From the NCBI RefSeq assembly GCF_964355755.1, contig NC_092672.1:35408437-35472436 (forward strand): a stretch of DNA of 64,000 bases. The letters are read 5' to 3'. The notes below the pieces were generated by a model. That model was not told the DNA's origin and searched no databases. It worked only from the letters and a program-made list of their open reading frames with translations. The position numbers and the translations under genes are program-made. Origin of the DNA: Antedon mediterranea. Taxonomy: Eukaryota > Animalia > Echinodermata. This document shows, in pieces, positions 40,631 through 53,459 of the stretch (the stretch's first letter is position 1; every line of letters starts with the position of its first letter).

Positions 40631-42005
40631 AGGAAAGGAACACCCTAATATCTTACCTAACTATTATAAAAGTAACCCTACCAACTTAATATTCAGCACA
40701 ATTTATGTTTAAATCGGATTTGTAGTTTTCTAGTAAACAGGATTTTAAAGCTGTTTTCAAGACATTTGAAAATCGCCATCTTGTGCTCATGGCAGCCTGT
40801 TTGTGACGTCAGATACGGCCGACGAAAATTTTAAGATTCGCGGTTGCATTCGGCGCTTCTATTGGCTAAGCGAATCCGCTAATATGATTGGCTAATAACG
40901 CGACATGCGGTCATGCAGCTGCTCATACCGTGTCATCGCCGTCCGCGTGTTTTTTTTTTCCAGGACGAACGTGGGCAGAAGTCATGAATAATTCATTACC
41001 TTAATTATTTTCTATTATAAAGAATTGAACGATAGCTGATCTACTTCCTAATTATACTAAACCTAACCCTCTAAATAATCTCTCTCAACTATTAAAAAAA
41101 ACATGTTCATGAAACACCTCGAACCGAGGGCTTCAGCGTAATAGGTTAAAGCCTTTACCACTAGACCAAACATTTCGGTAGGCAAATGTTGTTTACACTA
41201 ATTATTTAATATCTCTGCATTCTTATACAGCGCCCTCTATAATGTTCCCTATTATGTCATAATTAATCATGAATTATTCATGATTAATCAATGACACGGT
41301 ATGAGCATGCGCTGACTTGGTAAACAAACCTTCGATCGATTTTTTCTTCTGCAAGCCAATTCGTAAATCTTTCAGCTATTGTTAATCTATTGCTTTTATT
41401 GCCTAGCTGTTTCAAACGGGATTTGGTAGGGGAATTAACTGGCAAACCTTCCAAACGGAGGCTGTTGGTTGACGATACAGTGTCTACTTTATTTTCGTCC
41501 AACACGAGTTCTAGGCCTAGTAAAGCATATACAGTACAGATACACTGGCCGAAAGTAAACCATTCTTCGACGGCTTGTTATGCTCGAGAATGTTCTTCTT
41601 CTCTTCTTTTTTCCTCATCAGCACGACGCAAAACTAACTCTCTTTCTGTATATTCTGGTTCCAAATTTTCTGAATTATAAAAACTCCAAGTCATATTCCG
41701 AAAATATTAGGTATGTTAGGCTATTTAAATGATTTTATTTATGGTTATATCCCGCACTTCCATATTGAAATACTGTAACTAAGACGATGGACGCTTGGAT
41801 TTGCTTGAATGCGTCCACCTAATCTGACGTCACATAATTGCTCTTAACCTGTCAAAATGGCGCTGTTCAATTTCCGATATGTTGTCGTTTAAAAGTCTAT
41901 TTTTTAACTAAATTGCTTACTATTGTACCTTGAACCATTGTAATCATGTTTTTATTACATTTATCTATAAGCACAGTGGCACATTTAGCCCAGGGTGTTC
42001 CTATC
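40631..42005. mobile_element. Kolobok (KolobokP-like) internally deleted element
   Basis: TTAA|AGGAAAGGAACACCCT left TIR, AGGGTGTTCCTATC right TIR. Plus strand has THAP-like tail CFKRDLVGELTGKPSKRRLLVDDTVSTLF; minus strand has LEPEYTERELVLRR...EEWFTFGQC. Absent at homologous site ~60530. Confidence 0.65.
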
Positions 42006-42017
42006 AACAATACACAC

Positions 42018-45000
42018 TGTTTCGGATTTCGAACTTTGACGTTGGTGGCGTAAAGATTTGTTTTGGTGGTAAACAGAATTGTCAGCAAGATCACGCTTAT
42101 TATCTAATAGTAGATACTGTATTTATCTTATTTCCGACTGTGATACGTGGGAGTACTACGTACGTTTTATAACATTTAAGTTGTGTTAATGTTCTTGACT
42201 TTGAATATTAAAATTATTAGTTAGGCTATTTAGTTAAGTGTTTCGATCGGCTAATTGGCCATAAGCCTGACTAGCCCTCGTCTCGTGTAGTAGTTTGATC
42301 GTATGTATCTGCTACGCTGTATTTTGGGGTTGTTTGCACACGCAGCTGTGCTGCCTTGTGCGTGTTTTCACTGAGTTTATTTGTGTTTCAGACTTTACCG
42401 AAGAATAAAGAACGGTTAAAGTAACTACCAAGAGTTTGTGTATCATTGTCCGGATTAGTAAAGTGTATTCCCTTAATAATGGAGGAAAATACGTTCATCG
42501 ACCTCAGCTTCGAAGAGCTCGAGGTCAAACACCGTTCGTTTAAAGGTCACCTAACGAGGGCAAGGGACCGTTTTACCCGTGTTCTCGACCGAGACGAACC
42601 GGAACTGGTTAAAGTGGCATTCGACCATATTCAAAAGAAAATTCGAAAGATAACCGACTTACTTGATGCTATGGATGTTGTCAAACCACCTGATGAGACT
42701 GACACTACTACACGTCTACATGCAGAGCTAATGTCAGCAGCTGATGACGTGGAGCGAAAATATCAAGAATACAGAAGGTTTTCAAGGAATGAGCAAACCG
42801 CTCATTCTTCCCAAGGTGAGCCAACTGCAGCAGGAAAAGATGAAGAGATGATAAAATTAATTAAAGCTCAGTCTGAAATGGTGGCACAGCTTACAATAAA
42901 ATTGAACGGAAACGGCTCAGACAACAAACGGCCTTCGATTAAAACACCAGGACTCCCAGCCCCTCGGTGGGATGGATCTCCAAGAAACTTTCATTCTTGG
43001 CATGTACGAATTGACCAATACTTCGAATCTGCTGGTATTAAAGGTGACCAAGAAAAATTGATGGTTTTGCTCAATGGTGATGCGTTACCCAAATCTATTC
43101 AAGATCATATTGCTGATTGCTGCTCAGTTGAAGGTGATAATGGAGCTTGGGCTCGTCTGAAGGAAAAGGTCCCGACTTCAGCTATTGTTCGTGATGTTAT
43201 TCTGACACTTCAGATGATGAAGCCAATGAAGTTAGCAACAGCAAAGGAAATGCAACCTGTTTTAAATGGACTCACAGACTTTGCAAGACGAATGCGTGAA
43301 CTTGGAAAAGAATTAGAACTCTCATCGTCAGTAGTGGTTGAACTAGTGAGTCAGAAAATCGATGCTGAATTAAGCTTCGAATACATGCGGCAGATAAAGC
43401 AAGATGAGCCGACAATACCAAGTTTGATCTCATTCTTACGAAGTGAAACGGAAGCAAGGGAACGCCGAGAGCAACCTCATATGTTTGGCGATCAAAATGC
43501 ATCTACTCATCACATTACAGGACAAATTAGTACACTTAAAAATACTACCCAATTTTTACCGAAATCTAATTTTAAAGGTGCTGAAACTAGCGCGGATGAT
43601 TGTCCTTTCTGCACTGACCACTCACGTCACTTAATTATAAAGTGCCCTATCTTTAACTCAAAATCTAATGAAAAGAGACGGTTAATGATAATGAAAGCTA
43701 GAAGATGTTTCCTATGTTTCCGTACAAATCACAGTGCGTTCAGATGCCCCAGACATGACAAAAAACGCTGCTCTGTGTGTCAGCTATTTCACCACCGACT
43801 GATTGCTTGCCCACCCAATCGCACTTTCAGAACTAACAACAACACAGATGGTTTCTGTCAAAGTCAAATGTCACCTAAAACACAGGTGGGAGCGAACACA
43901 AATCTACGGCCAATTGTACGCCACGAAACCCAGGTAGGAACCAACTTAGGTCAGAATCCATTCATATATTTGCCAGCATCAACCAACCAAACTGTTTCAA
44001 ATATGAATTTAGATCAAACCTCAATAAATTCACCTCAGATAGCTCAAGCGGGAGCAAGCCCAAGTCTACGTCAGACTGTAGCAGGACCCAGTCAAAATCC
44101 ATTCGTGTCTTTGCCTCCATCAACAAATCAGACAATTTCGAAAATGAATTCGACGAAGCATGCCGAACGCCGTCGCTATTCCCCGACTACATATGTCGAG
44201 ATACAAGACAACGAGGGCAATTGGCAAAAAGCTGTCGCATTCTTTGATAGTGGTGCTGATACCACTCTGGTCAAGTGCTCCACCGCTGAAAGTCTAGGCT
44301 TAAACGGACTGCCCTTTGTATTTACTTATGGTGTGGCTGGAGGAGGCATCGTACAAGAAAACAGTGCAAGGTATCAACTTCGAGTCAGACCACTACGGGA
44401 ATTGAAAGCATACGACTTGGTCGCAATTAGTGTAAAAAAGCCTGCCCATGATAGCCCATCTGTTGGAGAAGATATCTTTGACGAACACTCTCACTTAACG
44501 GTAGTTAAAGAACATTTGCCTGTGGAGGAAGCCGAGATTGACCTACTCATTGGATACGACTATCAAAGTCTTACTACACCACTGAAAACAATACGTTCAT
44601 TAACTGATCCTGATACATCACCAACTGCAGCAAAAAGTGCTCTAGGTTGGACAATTATCGGACAAACCATTCCAAAGCCATTTTTCAATGTCATCAGCCA
44701 CATCACAAACGTAAATTTCATGGATGACTCCCAGCTTTTATATACATCCGATGTCATTGGAGTTAAACCAACAACCTTGTGTACATGTACAAATAAGGAA
44801 ATTGCTGAATCTCAGTTTATCAAACATTGTAGAAAAAATCTCCAAATAAATGAGAAGGGCCACATTACCATGGAAATGCCATGGAAGGATGGATTTCCTG
44901 AGTCTCTAGACTGTAATAGAGTACAAGCCGTGACGGGGATGATTTCACATGAGGCTAGGTTGCTAAAAAACAAGCAAATCAATGAATACAATGATGAAAT

Positions 45001-46398
45001 TCGAGCTCTCCTTGACAATGGATTTACGCGTGAGCTCACGCCAAGTGAAGACAGAAACGTTCGTTTACTTGCTGAGGCTAACACCGGTTCAGATCCTATA
45101 GGGGCTCTTAGGATCAAAGATTGTGTGTACATGGATGATATAACCGACTCATTTACAAAACCGAATGAGGCAGTTGAGCAGGTTACTCGTATTCTAAGAA
45201 AGGGATCGTTTGAAATCAAAGTGTGGCATTCTAACCATCCGATGGTAGACCAGTGCCCTGAAGAGAAACACACACGTGTTCTAGGCCATTTGTGGAATAA
45301 GCTAGATGACACGGTAACGATTCAGCTTGATAAGTTCGATGAAGAACAGACTCCACTTACCAAAAGAAAAGTTTCCAGTCTTGTTGCCAGGTTGTGGGAT
45401 CCATTACGAATGTTGAGCCCTGTGACTATTCGTTATAAAATCGGACTCCAGGAGATTTGGGCAGCTAGGCTTGATTGGGACGACGTGTTTGATGATGAGC
45501 AAACAGCTATGTGGAAGGTTTTTATAAAGGAGATGAATCATCTTTTGGGATTTGAAATTCCACGTCAGCTAACGCCTGAGGATTCTATTGCTTACCCCCA
45601 GTTACACTGTTTCAGTGATGCTAGTGAAGCTGCATTTGGTTCTGTCATCTGGCTGCGTTGGGATACCCCAGTAGGAGTTAAATTGACATACGTTATAGCA
45701 AAGGCTCTAGTTGGACCGTTAAAGAAAAGATCAAATATAAGTATTAAGGAAGGGCCTGTACATAAGTTGTGTTTGATTGCAACTGTGGGAGAACTTAAAC
45801 ACGGGTTTTCTTCTAAACAAGGAATGCTTTTATTATGTAACTACTTGAGTTGTGAACATTTAATTACTGTATTTTAATTAAGATTCACTTTGTTGTGGTT
45901 ATTTTTCGAAATCCTTTATGTACTGTGACTCATGTCAATTTGTCACGAGGCGGGAGTGTTTCGGATTTCGAACTTTGACGTTGGTGGCGTAAAGATTTGT
46001 TTTGGTGGTAAACAGAATTGTCAGCAAGATCACGCTTATTATCTAATAGTAGATACTGTATTTATCTTATTTCCGACTGTGATACGTGGGAGTACTACGT
46101 ACGTTTTATAACATTTAAGTTGTGTTAATGTTCTTGACTTTGAATATTAAAATTATTAGTTAAGCTATTTAGTTAAGTGTTTCGATCGGCTAATTGGCCA
46201 TAAGCCTGACTAGCCCTCGTCTCGTGTAGTAGTTTGATCGTATGTATCTGCTACGCTGTATTTTGGGGTTGTTTGCACACGCAGCTGTGCTGCCTTGTGC
46301 GTGTTTTCACTGAGTTTATTTGTGTTTCAGACTTTACCGAAGAATAAAGAACGGTTAAAGTAACTACCAAGAGTTTGTGTATCATTGTCCGGATTACA
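42018..46398 (+). mobile_element. BEL/Pao LTR retrotransposon, internally deleted, young
   Basis: ~440-bp LTRs 42018-42457 and 45957-46398 (TG...CA; one substitution seen by eye); PPT GAGGCGGGAG; TSD CACAC/CACAT; empty homologous site at ~60550. Confidence 0.95.
42479..45877 (+). CDS. BEL/Pao Gag-protease-(partial RT)-RNase H polyprotein
   Basis: Three Cys/His knuckles (CPFC..H..C, CFLC..H..C, CSVC..HH), protease FFDSGADTT, YMDD, Pao motifs LWDPL and HCFSDASEAAFG; integrase core absent. Confidence 0.92.
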   Translation: MEENTFIDLSFEELEVKHRSFKGHLTRARDRFTRVLDRDEPELVKVAFDHIQKKIRKITDLLDAMDVVKPPDETDTTTRLHAELMSAADDVERKYQEYRRFSRNEQTAHSSQGEPTAAGKDEEMIKLIKAQSEMVAQLTIKLNGNGSDNKRPSIKTPGLPAPRWDGSPRNFHSWHVRIDQYFESAGIKGDQEKLMVLLNGDALPKSIQDHIADCCSVEGDNGAWARLKEKVPTSAIVRDVILTLQMMKPMKLATAKEMQPVLNGLTDFARRMRELGKELELSSSVVVELVSQKIDAELSFEYMRQIKQDEPTIPSLISFLRSETEARERREQPHMFGDQNASTHHITGQISTLKNTTQFLPKSNFKGAETSADDCPFCTDHSRHLIIKCPIFNSKSNEKRRLMIMKARRCFLCFRTNHSAFRCPRHDKKRCSVCQLFHHRLIACPPNRTFRTNNNTDGFCQSQMSPKTQVGANTNLRPIVRHETQVGTNLGQNPFIYLPASTNQTVSNMNLDQTSINSPQIAQAGASPSLRQTVAGPSQNPFVSLPPSTNQTISKMNSTKHAERRRYSPTTYVEIQDNEGNWQKAVAFFDSGADTTLVKCSTAESLGLNGLPFVFTYGVAGGGIVQENSARYQLRVRPLRELKAYDLVAISVKKPAHDSPSVGEDIFDEHSHLTVVKEHLPVEEAEIDLLIGYDYQSLTTPLKTIRSLTDPDTSPTAAKSALGWTIIGQTIPKPFFNVISHITNVNFMDDSQLLYTSDVIGVKPTTLCTCTNKEIAESQFIKHCRKNLQINEKGHITMEMPWKDGFPESLDCNRVQAVTGMISHEARLLKNKQINEYNDEIRALLDNGFTRELTPSEDRNVRLLAEANTGSDPIGALRIKDCVYMDDITDSFTKPNEAVEQVTRILRKGSFEIKVWHSNHPMVDQCPEEKHTRVLGHLWNKLDDTVTIQLDKFDEEQTPLTKRKVSSLVARLWDPLRMLSPVTIRYKIGLQEIWAARLDWDDVFDDEQTAMWKVFIKEMNHLLGFEIPRQLTPEDSIAYPQLHCFSDASEAAFGSVIWLRWDTPVGVKLTYVIAKALVGPLKKRSNISIKEGPVHKLCLIATVGELKHGFSSKQGMLLLCNYLSCEHLITVF

Positions 46399-46479
46399 CA
46401 CATTATCGTCGCGCAGGTGAACACATTATGATGGCCCAAATTACTTTGGGGACGGAAAAAGGGACTGAAGTTGACACCC

Positions 46480-48310
46480 GCCTAATGAACGTTCTTCAAA
46501 CAATATCGCCCTACTTTCTATGAATTGCCAGTCAGTTAAAAATAAAGTATCTACCGGTATTATAACTAAATTGTTGTGTCAGAGTGGATTCGTTATATGA
46601 GTGTTTTTCATGCGAATTGGTTTATACTGTAAAGGCCTACCGTATTTTTATTTTACTAAAGTGAAACGTGTTCTTTCACGTAACGAGACCGTAATGCAAA
46701 CGTGTTAAATTCAATTCAAAACTCGTACATAAAAAATATCGGCGGTATCCTGTCGTCAAAGTGTCTTGTCGGCCAATAGTCTGTCGGTCAAATGTGTGTC
46801 GGCCAAATGTCTGTCCGCTAATTGTCTTTCGGCTAAATGGCTTTTAGCGAAATGTCTTGTCGGCGGATTGTTCGTTCGGTCGGCGAAATGTCCGGTCGGC
46901 GAAATGTCCGGTCGACAGATAGTCTGTCGGTCAGTGGTCTGTCGGCGAAATGGCGTTCGGCAAAACGTCCCGTCACCATCACTGATAACATTTGCGCTTC
47001 AAGAAACCTGGTTAACTTGTGATGGCTTTCATTTAAATAATCTTACTTCAGTCGGTACCACGTTTTCAGTGTACCGCGTGGAAGAGGAGATCCTCACGGT
47101 GGAATTGCAGTTTTATACAAAGATAGCTTAACTGTTTGTTTCAAAGTCTAAGGACATAGATCATCGTATAAATAGATTTGAATATTGTGAAATCGTGTTT
47201 ACATCTTGATCAAAGTATTTCACTATCGTCAACTTATATAGACATGCTCCATCCGCAAAGAACCAACTTACAACCGGAATGTTCTTTGCTGAGGTTTCTG
47301 ACTTTCTAATGTACTATAGTTTCCAGAGGAGTATTGCATGGTGACATCTTGATGTTAATGAAGATTGCAATACCATCACATTCACTGATCTTATCACTCA
47401 TTGTGGGCTCTAAGCCTACTCATCGCTTTGGCCATACGCTTGATTAGACTAGAATTGGATTAGACATTAGACTATGTCGCGAAACTCACAATCTAGTTGA
47501 GAACACTCGTGTTCTTGACTTTTGAACACAGCCTAATTGGCTGCGATGTCTTGATCAGGAAGTCTAAGTCTTTAAAAACGACCATTGCCTCAAAGAAACT
47601 GCGGGAGATTGATTTCGACTTATTCAACGCAGATATCAGGTCTTTAATCTTATCGGATGATGCGTCAGATAACACGACACTTGCTGACCTTCTTGACCAT
47701 CATGCAACTGTACGGATCAAGACCGTAGTTCCTCGCAACATTGGTTTACTGACTCATACCGCATCAAACAAGAACAGCGAACAACAAATGAGTGTCAAGA
47801 TCTTTCAGACTTTAAACAATAAAAACAAAATAGAAATAAGTTTAATGTCGAACTTTTTCATGCAAAGTGTAATGTCTTCAATCGCAGGATTATCGATTGT
47901 GGTGGCGACTTGAAGTCTTTATTTTCCATCCTCCACGATAGTCCTGAAAGATTGGCAAATCAATTTGCTAATTATTTCAAGACAAAGATCGAGGACATCA
48001 GAACAGCTCTTCGAATGGTTAATTTCATCTCAGATCAAATTAAATATGCTACTTTACACACGGCATCATGAAACACCTTTGAATCTGTATCAGCAGAAGA
48101 AGTCAAGAAGTCTACAAGTGCGTCATGCTCTTTAGACCTAGTCTCATCATGGATGGTTAAGAAGTCAATAGACTCGCTTTCACACTGTCTTACATTGATT
48201 GTGAATATGTCTCTTAAAGAAGGATTCGTACCACCGTCATTTAAATCAGCAGTTATCAAACCTTTGCTGAAAAAGAGTAATTTTGATCACATCATCTTGA
48301 AGATGTTGAA
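46480..48310 (+). mobile_element. Degenerate L2/CR1 LINE ORF2 (endonuclease to start of RT)
   Basis: MNCQSVKNK, ALQETWL, GHTLD, FKSAVIKPLLKK motifs in shifting frames. Confidence 0.72.
46740..46977 (+). repeat. ~20-bp diverged repeats (TGTCGGCNAAATGTC), probable DNA-transposon end inserted in the LINE
   Basis: Repeated TGTCGG/AAATGTC motif ending CGTCCCGTCACC. Confidence 0.6.
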
Positions 48311-49640
48311 CAACTTTAGATTGTAACAAGCGCTGTTTAACTGCCGCTCAGGAAATCTCTGTTTTTAGTGTCTTTTTAGATAGAGTTTACAAGTTTTTTG
48401 GTGTTTAAAGTTTCCGTGTTGTGAAGAGTTTGGTGATTATATTTTGTAAATAGTGTCATTTAAATTTGTTTTTGATCTCGATTATGTAGCCTCACTGCAG
48501 ATACCTGGTTGGCTTGCCGTCCGGACCCGCATACCGTAAATCGTTTCGATAGTCTATTGATATGCAAAGTGGGCTACTGGAGCATTCCAGGTAACTCATT
48601 CGAAATGCCGCCTTACATTACACAGGATGATTGTTGTTATAATGTATACTCGGACTACTCAAATGGAAATACGGATTGAGATTTATGTTGTGAAGATATT
48701 ATACCACAGGATAGGGGTAAGATAAGAAATTATGGTTCATTTGTTCGTCATAGAGGTAGGAGAGCAGGTAAAAATAGCCATCGACCAATACGGACACTTA
48801 TAAAACAGCGTTCAGATGTAGCGATGTTTGACCGTAGACCCATTGTAGGCAGAGTGTCCGCGCTCGTTAATATTCCACTTATAGAAGACATACAAGAACT
48901 AGAATCAAACAAAATGACTGTACACATTATTAATTTTAGGCCAAAAACTCTTGAAAGACTGACTATACTGCTGAGCGCGAACGTATTTTAACACCTGTAA
49001 AAATTAACCGGAACTATGCTTCTGATAAACGGGTTTTTTTTTGCGTTTGGAACGCACGCTTTATTTGTAACAAAACCACTACAATTTTTGACTTATTAGT
49101 AGACTCTAAAATTGACAGCTTAATTATTACGGAGTCTTGGTTAAGCGATAGAATTTCTCCGATTAGCGAGGAGTGTACACTTGACGGGTTTCCCACGTCA
49201 AGGAGACGTGAGGGGTGGCGGAATAGTGATTATTATATAAGTCTGAACTTAAGTTTGTGTGCATGCTTGTATGACAGATCTCACTAAGTCTTTTAGATTG
49301 ATTGCCGTTTACCGCCCACCTCCTTCACAGAAAAATGGTATAGAACCATCGAATTTCTGGGAGAAATGGATGGCCTACCAAGTATACCCCACCAGGTATA
49401 ACCCCACCAGGTATACCCCTTGTTGTCGGTGAATGTCCCCGTTGACCAGCGCCGAGCCCGAGTGTCACAATACCTATCTCGCATGACTTCAAACAAACCG
49501 TTGATGAGCCCACGCAAATCAGAGGTCATCTTCTTGATCATGTCATCTGTCGTGAAGATGATGGTTTCGTTGTGGACTGCGCGGTTTTGCTACATAGATA
49601 TGGTTCGGATCATCACCTCATAGGGGTTACGCTAGACAGG
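48310..49640 (+). mobile_element. Second degenerate L2/CR1 LINE, 5' part and endonuclease
   Basis: WNARFICNK, IITESWL, RGGG, RGHLLDHVIC-like motifs. Confidence 0.55.
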
Positions 49641-49815
49641 ATTTGCACTTCCTGTTCACAATATATATGTTTATACTTGCCATAATGCAACATTTTTTTT
49701 CACAAAGTGACTGAAACACTATTTTTCTGTAATTTTAACCTTTGACCTGTTTTTCTCATCTAAATAACGACATGGCATAGAGATTTCTAACGGCAAATTG
49801 TTTATAATAATAATT

Positions 49816-50140
49816 GAGTGAGTGGCCGAGCGGTTAAGACAGTGGAACCGTAATTACGTAGCCATAACATCGGCAGGGGTTCGAGGCTCACTCACTCCAT
49901 GGTTCTGGTGGTAGAACGAGTCTTCTCGGATAAGGACTATAAACCGTAGGTCCAGTGTACACATCTAGCTCGTGTGCACTTTAAAGAACCTAGTACATCT
50001 TTCGAGACGAGTAGGGGGTTTTACCCCGTTGTATTAGTACATCACAGCCACTGATCGCCAACTGGGCCCTCTGGGAGACCAGTCTTTGACTGAAGAGGTT
50101 ACCCAGTATAAATATAAATTTCAATTCAATTCAATTCAAT
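49816..50140 (+). mobile_element. tRNA-derived SINE
   Basis: Box A TGGCCGAGCGG, box B GGTTCGAGGC, central GGATAAGGACTATAAACCG core, (TTCAA)n tail. Confidence 0.85.
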
Positions 50141-50379
50141 AATAGATATTTTTATTCAATCTAATAGATTATACTGCTTGAAAAATATAAGTGTGATTAT
50201 TGCTTTGAAATCCTGTACATAAGAGCCTATCGGACAGATTTAATTCAAAGAGGTGTGGAAGGGGAATACTACTACTATACAGTACAATGTCTTTCAGAAA
50301 CATTTCAGAAATTTCAATCAGGTATCCATGTATCTCCAATAAACAGAATGTACGGTTCATAGAGAATTCAGAAGTTACC

Positions 50380-51260
50380 CTTGGTTCATTTTGGCAAATC
50401 CATATGGGTTCCTTTTAAAAGGATTGAGAGTGCACAGACAGGCTTTTCCCATGGCTTAATATTGGAACCTACAGTTTTAGTTACCCGATATATTTCTAAC
50501 ACAGTAACTATGTAGCCAAATGCATTGATCCGATACCGGGGCCAAATGTAGAACTGAACATACGGTAGAGAAGGGTCTAAATAGATGACCTGCTGTTGTT
50601 TCATTTTAGGCAAAATCCAAATCGGTTCCTTAAGGATCGAGAGTGCACAGGCAGCTTTATTCCATGTGCCTGTCTATATAAACCCACATTGTCACCCCTT
50701 ATATTTTCATTATGGGGCTTAATGTCCATCCATGGAGGACCGGCCTTTGGGGGGTTAATTTTGGCAAATCCATAAGTGTTCCTTAAGGATCGAGAGTGCA
50801 CAGGCAGCTTTATTCCATGGGCCGCGCCTGTCTATATGAACTCACAGTGTCACCCCTTATATTTCCATTATGGGGCTTAATGTCCATCCATGGAGAACGA
50901 CCGGCCCTTGGGTTAATTTGGGCAAATCCATAAAATGTTCCTTATGGATGATCGAGGGTGCACAGGGATATTTATTATATCTCTATGAACCCACATTTTC
51001 ACCCCACATACAGTATTTTCAATATAGGGTCTCGTGTAGACCCACATAGAGAACCCCGAAGGGTCCATGAAGGATCGGCCCTTGGGTTCATTTGGGCAAA
51101 TCCATAGATTGAGGGTGAACATTTTAGTTTCATTCCATAGTTCATCTATGAACTATATACCCAATATTAATTTCTAATACAGGGCCTTATGTAGCACACC
51201 ACATAGAGATCCCAAAAGGGTCCTTAGAGGGTTCATTCGGGCAAATCCATATGGGTTATT
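50380..51260. repeat. Diverged ~150-230-bp repeats anchored by TTTGG(G)CAAATCCAT
   Basis: Motif recurs near 50390, 50605, 50760, 50918, 51090, 51237 with shared downstream GATCGAGAGTGCACAGG. Confidence 0.7.
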
Positions 51261-53459
51261 TTAGAATCTTTTGTGTACAGGAAACACTTTCCTGTATGGC
51301 CAAACTATCTGTGGCTATATAAAAATTGTGGTGTGTCTGTGTAGTGAGTTGTGGATTGAGTTTGGCCACCTGGATCTGCCTATGCCCTATCCTGTACGAA
51401 TTGGTACTCTCTGGTTCTGATGAAAGTAGTTTATTTTCCAAAAACGAATATTGTAGCCCTAATAAATGCAACTGTATAGTGGCAAATCATTGAAGGTTAG
51501 CGTAACATTTTAACATCATTTTAACCGTCATAATATTAATAATTTTATTATTTATTTTACAGTAATATATTAATACATTTAAAATAATGCGCACTAGAAA
51601 AAATATAAAAATACTTCACTGATCAAATAACGTGATTACATTTATGAACATCGATCTCATATAGTTTGAATAACTTTGCATTATTTGTTCAAATGTTGAC
51701 CTTTGACCTATGTCAATGATAAATGTGCTCTTTTGGATTGTGTATGATTGATAGATGTCTTAACAGAATGACAAAACATAACATTTTGTCTTAAATGTTA
51801 GTTTTTATTTGGGTTTATATGCAAATTGTGTGATTGGTCAATATTGACATTTGACCTTTAATTGAGAAGTATTTGTTTTATAAGGCGACGGAATAGATAC
51901 ATATGACCATACAAATGTATTAAAAGACCAAATTGAACTTCAATAAATTGGTTATAATACATATGTATATAATACATTGTTATAATTGGTCAATTTTGAA
52001 CTTTGACCCCTTATCTCTTCCTATTCGCTTCCTATCCTGATCAAAGTCTGATTTGATTAAATACAGTATTATAATTATATTAATCAAAATTATAATGAAA
52101 TAACATAACTTTACTGATCAAATAATTTGATTATTTGTAAAACCATCAATATCATAATTTGGACAACTTTGCATTTATTTGTTAACTAATACGTTTATTA
52201 TGTTGACCTTTGACCTTATGTCAACTGATGAAATTGACCTTATGTCAACTGATGAAATGATGTATTCGCTCTTTTACATTGCGTATGATTGATTAACAGG
52301 ATGAGAAAACATCCAATTTTTATTAAATATAAGTTTTTATTTGGTTTTATAGGTACGTTCTATGATTGGTCAATATTGACATTTGACCCTTAATTACAAA
52401 GAATTTTTTTTTCATAAGGTGATTGAATAGACACTTATAATACACATATAAAGAAACAAACATAATCATAAAAATGTAATAAAAGACCAAATTGTGCTTC
52501 AATAAATTTGTTAGATAGATGGTACCTAGATGGTTCTCGAATACACAGTAATTTCAGCGTAACAAAACTGGCGATTTCAAATGTACGTACCGCAGGACTA
52601 CAATACATTGTCGTTTACAGAAACGAATAAACAGACACGATGATTTATGTAGTCAACTAAAATTAGCACCCTGGGAATTACTTCCGAAGGAGAAACTTAT
52701 CACAAAATGAGTCCAAATTTTTGGTTTGGACTCATTTAAAGAAACCCAATTTGTGTTTTGTATGTAACATTAGGGTTGAGGGATGGGAAAGCGGATAGGT
52801 ACAAAGAGGAACAATTTTTAAATATATTCTTTATCCACTCAGTAACGAAATATTTTGTTCATGTTTTATAGGCCTATAAGTAATATACCTCCAAATACAG
52901 TAAAACATTTGCGATTTAATACTTTGTTAAAACTGTCACTGTCATAATCGATTGAAATATTAAAGTACATTTCACGATACACCACTACGACGTTTATATT
53001 ATTGGTAATCATTAATTAATACAAACGTTGAGAAGGAACTGTCAGTATAAAGTTTATTTGTATATATAATAATGTGTTTATATATCTAACAGTAGAGCCT
53101 ATCCACAATCTCAGTAATAAAGTTTATTTGTAGGCCTATATATTTTTATACTACATCTAACAGTACGAACATTCACAGTAAGAAATGTTCGATTCAAATG
53201 AGGACCAAAAATAGTTAATAGGTATTTACAGTATTGTCAAAGTATTGCAAGTTTATTCTCAAAGGGCCCATATATTTACCTACCGTATGTGTTAAACCAA
53301 GGGCTCATAAATCTACCTACTTGTGTTAAACCAAACTCTAGAGATTGGGATGTTCCATTCATCGCAAATCAATACATTTGTATAATCGTATATTAAATCT
53401 ATCAAAATAGTATTTTTTTAATAAAATCGGCCTGTCTTCAACATTATGATGCTGTACTC

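Noticed and set aside
41110-41170. tRNA-like boxes on the minus strand
   Set aside because: No cloverleaf; at most a decayed SINE head
46766-47131. 121-aa Cys-rich ORF (SAKCLS repeats)
   Set aside because: Read-through of ~20-bp repeats into a LINE endonuclease fragment
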